Source of the DNA: Hydrolagus affinis
Taxonomy: Eukaryota
Length of the DNA stretch: 64,000 bases
Direction: 5' to 3'
Assembly: GCA_012026655.1 (NCBI GenBank)
Contig: JAAILG010000059.1
Location: forward strand, 62,001-126,000
The first letter of the stretch is position 1; the number at the start of each line of letters is the position of its first letter. Made by a program: the position numbers and the translations under genes. The notes under the pieces are model-generated. The model was not told the DNA's origin and did not search any database. It was given only the letters and a program-made list of their open reading frames with translations. Below, in pieces: positions 63,351 to 64,000 of the stretch.

Positions 63351-64000
63351 ATTTCTGTTATTGCTGGAACAGTGGGGGGCACCAAATAGATTGTGATAAA
63401 TACCTACGAGACAGACTGCATAACAGATGTTCCTGACCCTAGGTTATTGAGGGCGTGACGAAAATGTATCTTGACGTAGAAGATTTTTCTTTTTGATAAA
63501 TCTGGTAAAGTAGCAACACGAGTTCAATGATGAAACTCCTTTCAACTTGATTGTAATTTACTGTTTGGAAACGTTTCAGCTGTGAACATTTAGGCTAATA
63601 GTTGAGCAATGATTTGGGTTTAAGATATATACAAATCTGTTTTATTTACAAATTTGCGTGTGGACACGTTCCTGTGAACGTTTCCCATTGTGCAGCTTTA
63701 CATTAGCTTGTGATTTTTAATCCGTAAGAATACCAAAATATGTGTGTGGTCGTTGGTCTACATACTTGAAAACACAAGTAAAATCTAGTTCATGTCACTC
63801 TGCTCATGTCTGGTTTGCCAGACAGCAGTAAGTTCTGGCAGGCGAAGGATTCTGGAGTGACCTTGTGTTTTTCTTTAAATATACTCCTCCAACTTTGCTC
63901 TGCTTATGCCACAAGTTATACTTCAGTCTGTTCCAGACTCCATAGTGGCTGCTCAAACTTATCTCGCTTAATACTCTTAGCAGCTGTCAAAAAGAAGAGA

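Noticed and set aside
1-64000. CRISPR arrays, operons or other prokaryotic systems
   Set aside because: The DNA is vertebrate-type. The recurring hairpin repeats are dispersed LINE/SINE tails, not regularly spaced arrays.

Overview
AT-rich vertebrate genomic DNA, mostly intronic or intergenic, with one assembly gap (61030-61160). The repeat content (L2 and CR1 LINE 3' fragments, tRNA-headed Deu-domain SINEs, Penelope-type termini) points to a cartilaginous fish, plausibly a chimaera such as Callorhinchus (inference). No long ORF is present, and most listed ORFs are SINE/LINE read-throughs. Gene-like content: (i) four small minus-strand candidate exons (27.2 kb to 4.7 kb) that join in phase into an unidentified protein C-terminus, one with a decayed tandem duplicate; (ii) a frameshifted, highly divergent histone H2B-like sequence in a CpG-rich patch at 37.8-38.06 kb, which no single listed ORF reveals; (iii) a candidate first coding exon of a plus-strand gene at 51225; (iv) a possible cadherin-like relic exon at 59.9 kb. 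Mobile-element highlights: a SINE built from a tRNA head, a CORE-like piece, a Deu piece and an L2 tail; an L2-like 3'UTR carrying the Deu domain; a 62-bp identical tract between SINEs with different heads; a minimal hammerhead ribozyme in a Penelope-type terminus; and a TA-flanked MITE. All coordinates were read by eye, and family names come from remembered consensus motifs, not database searches.
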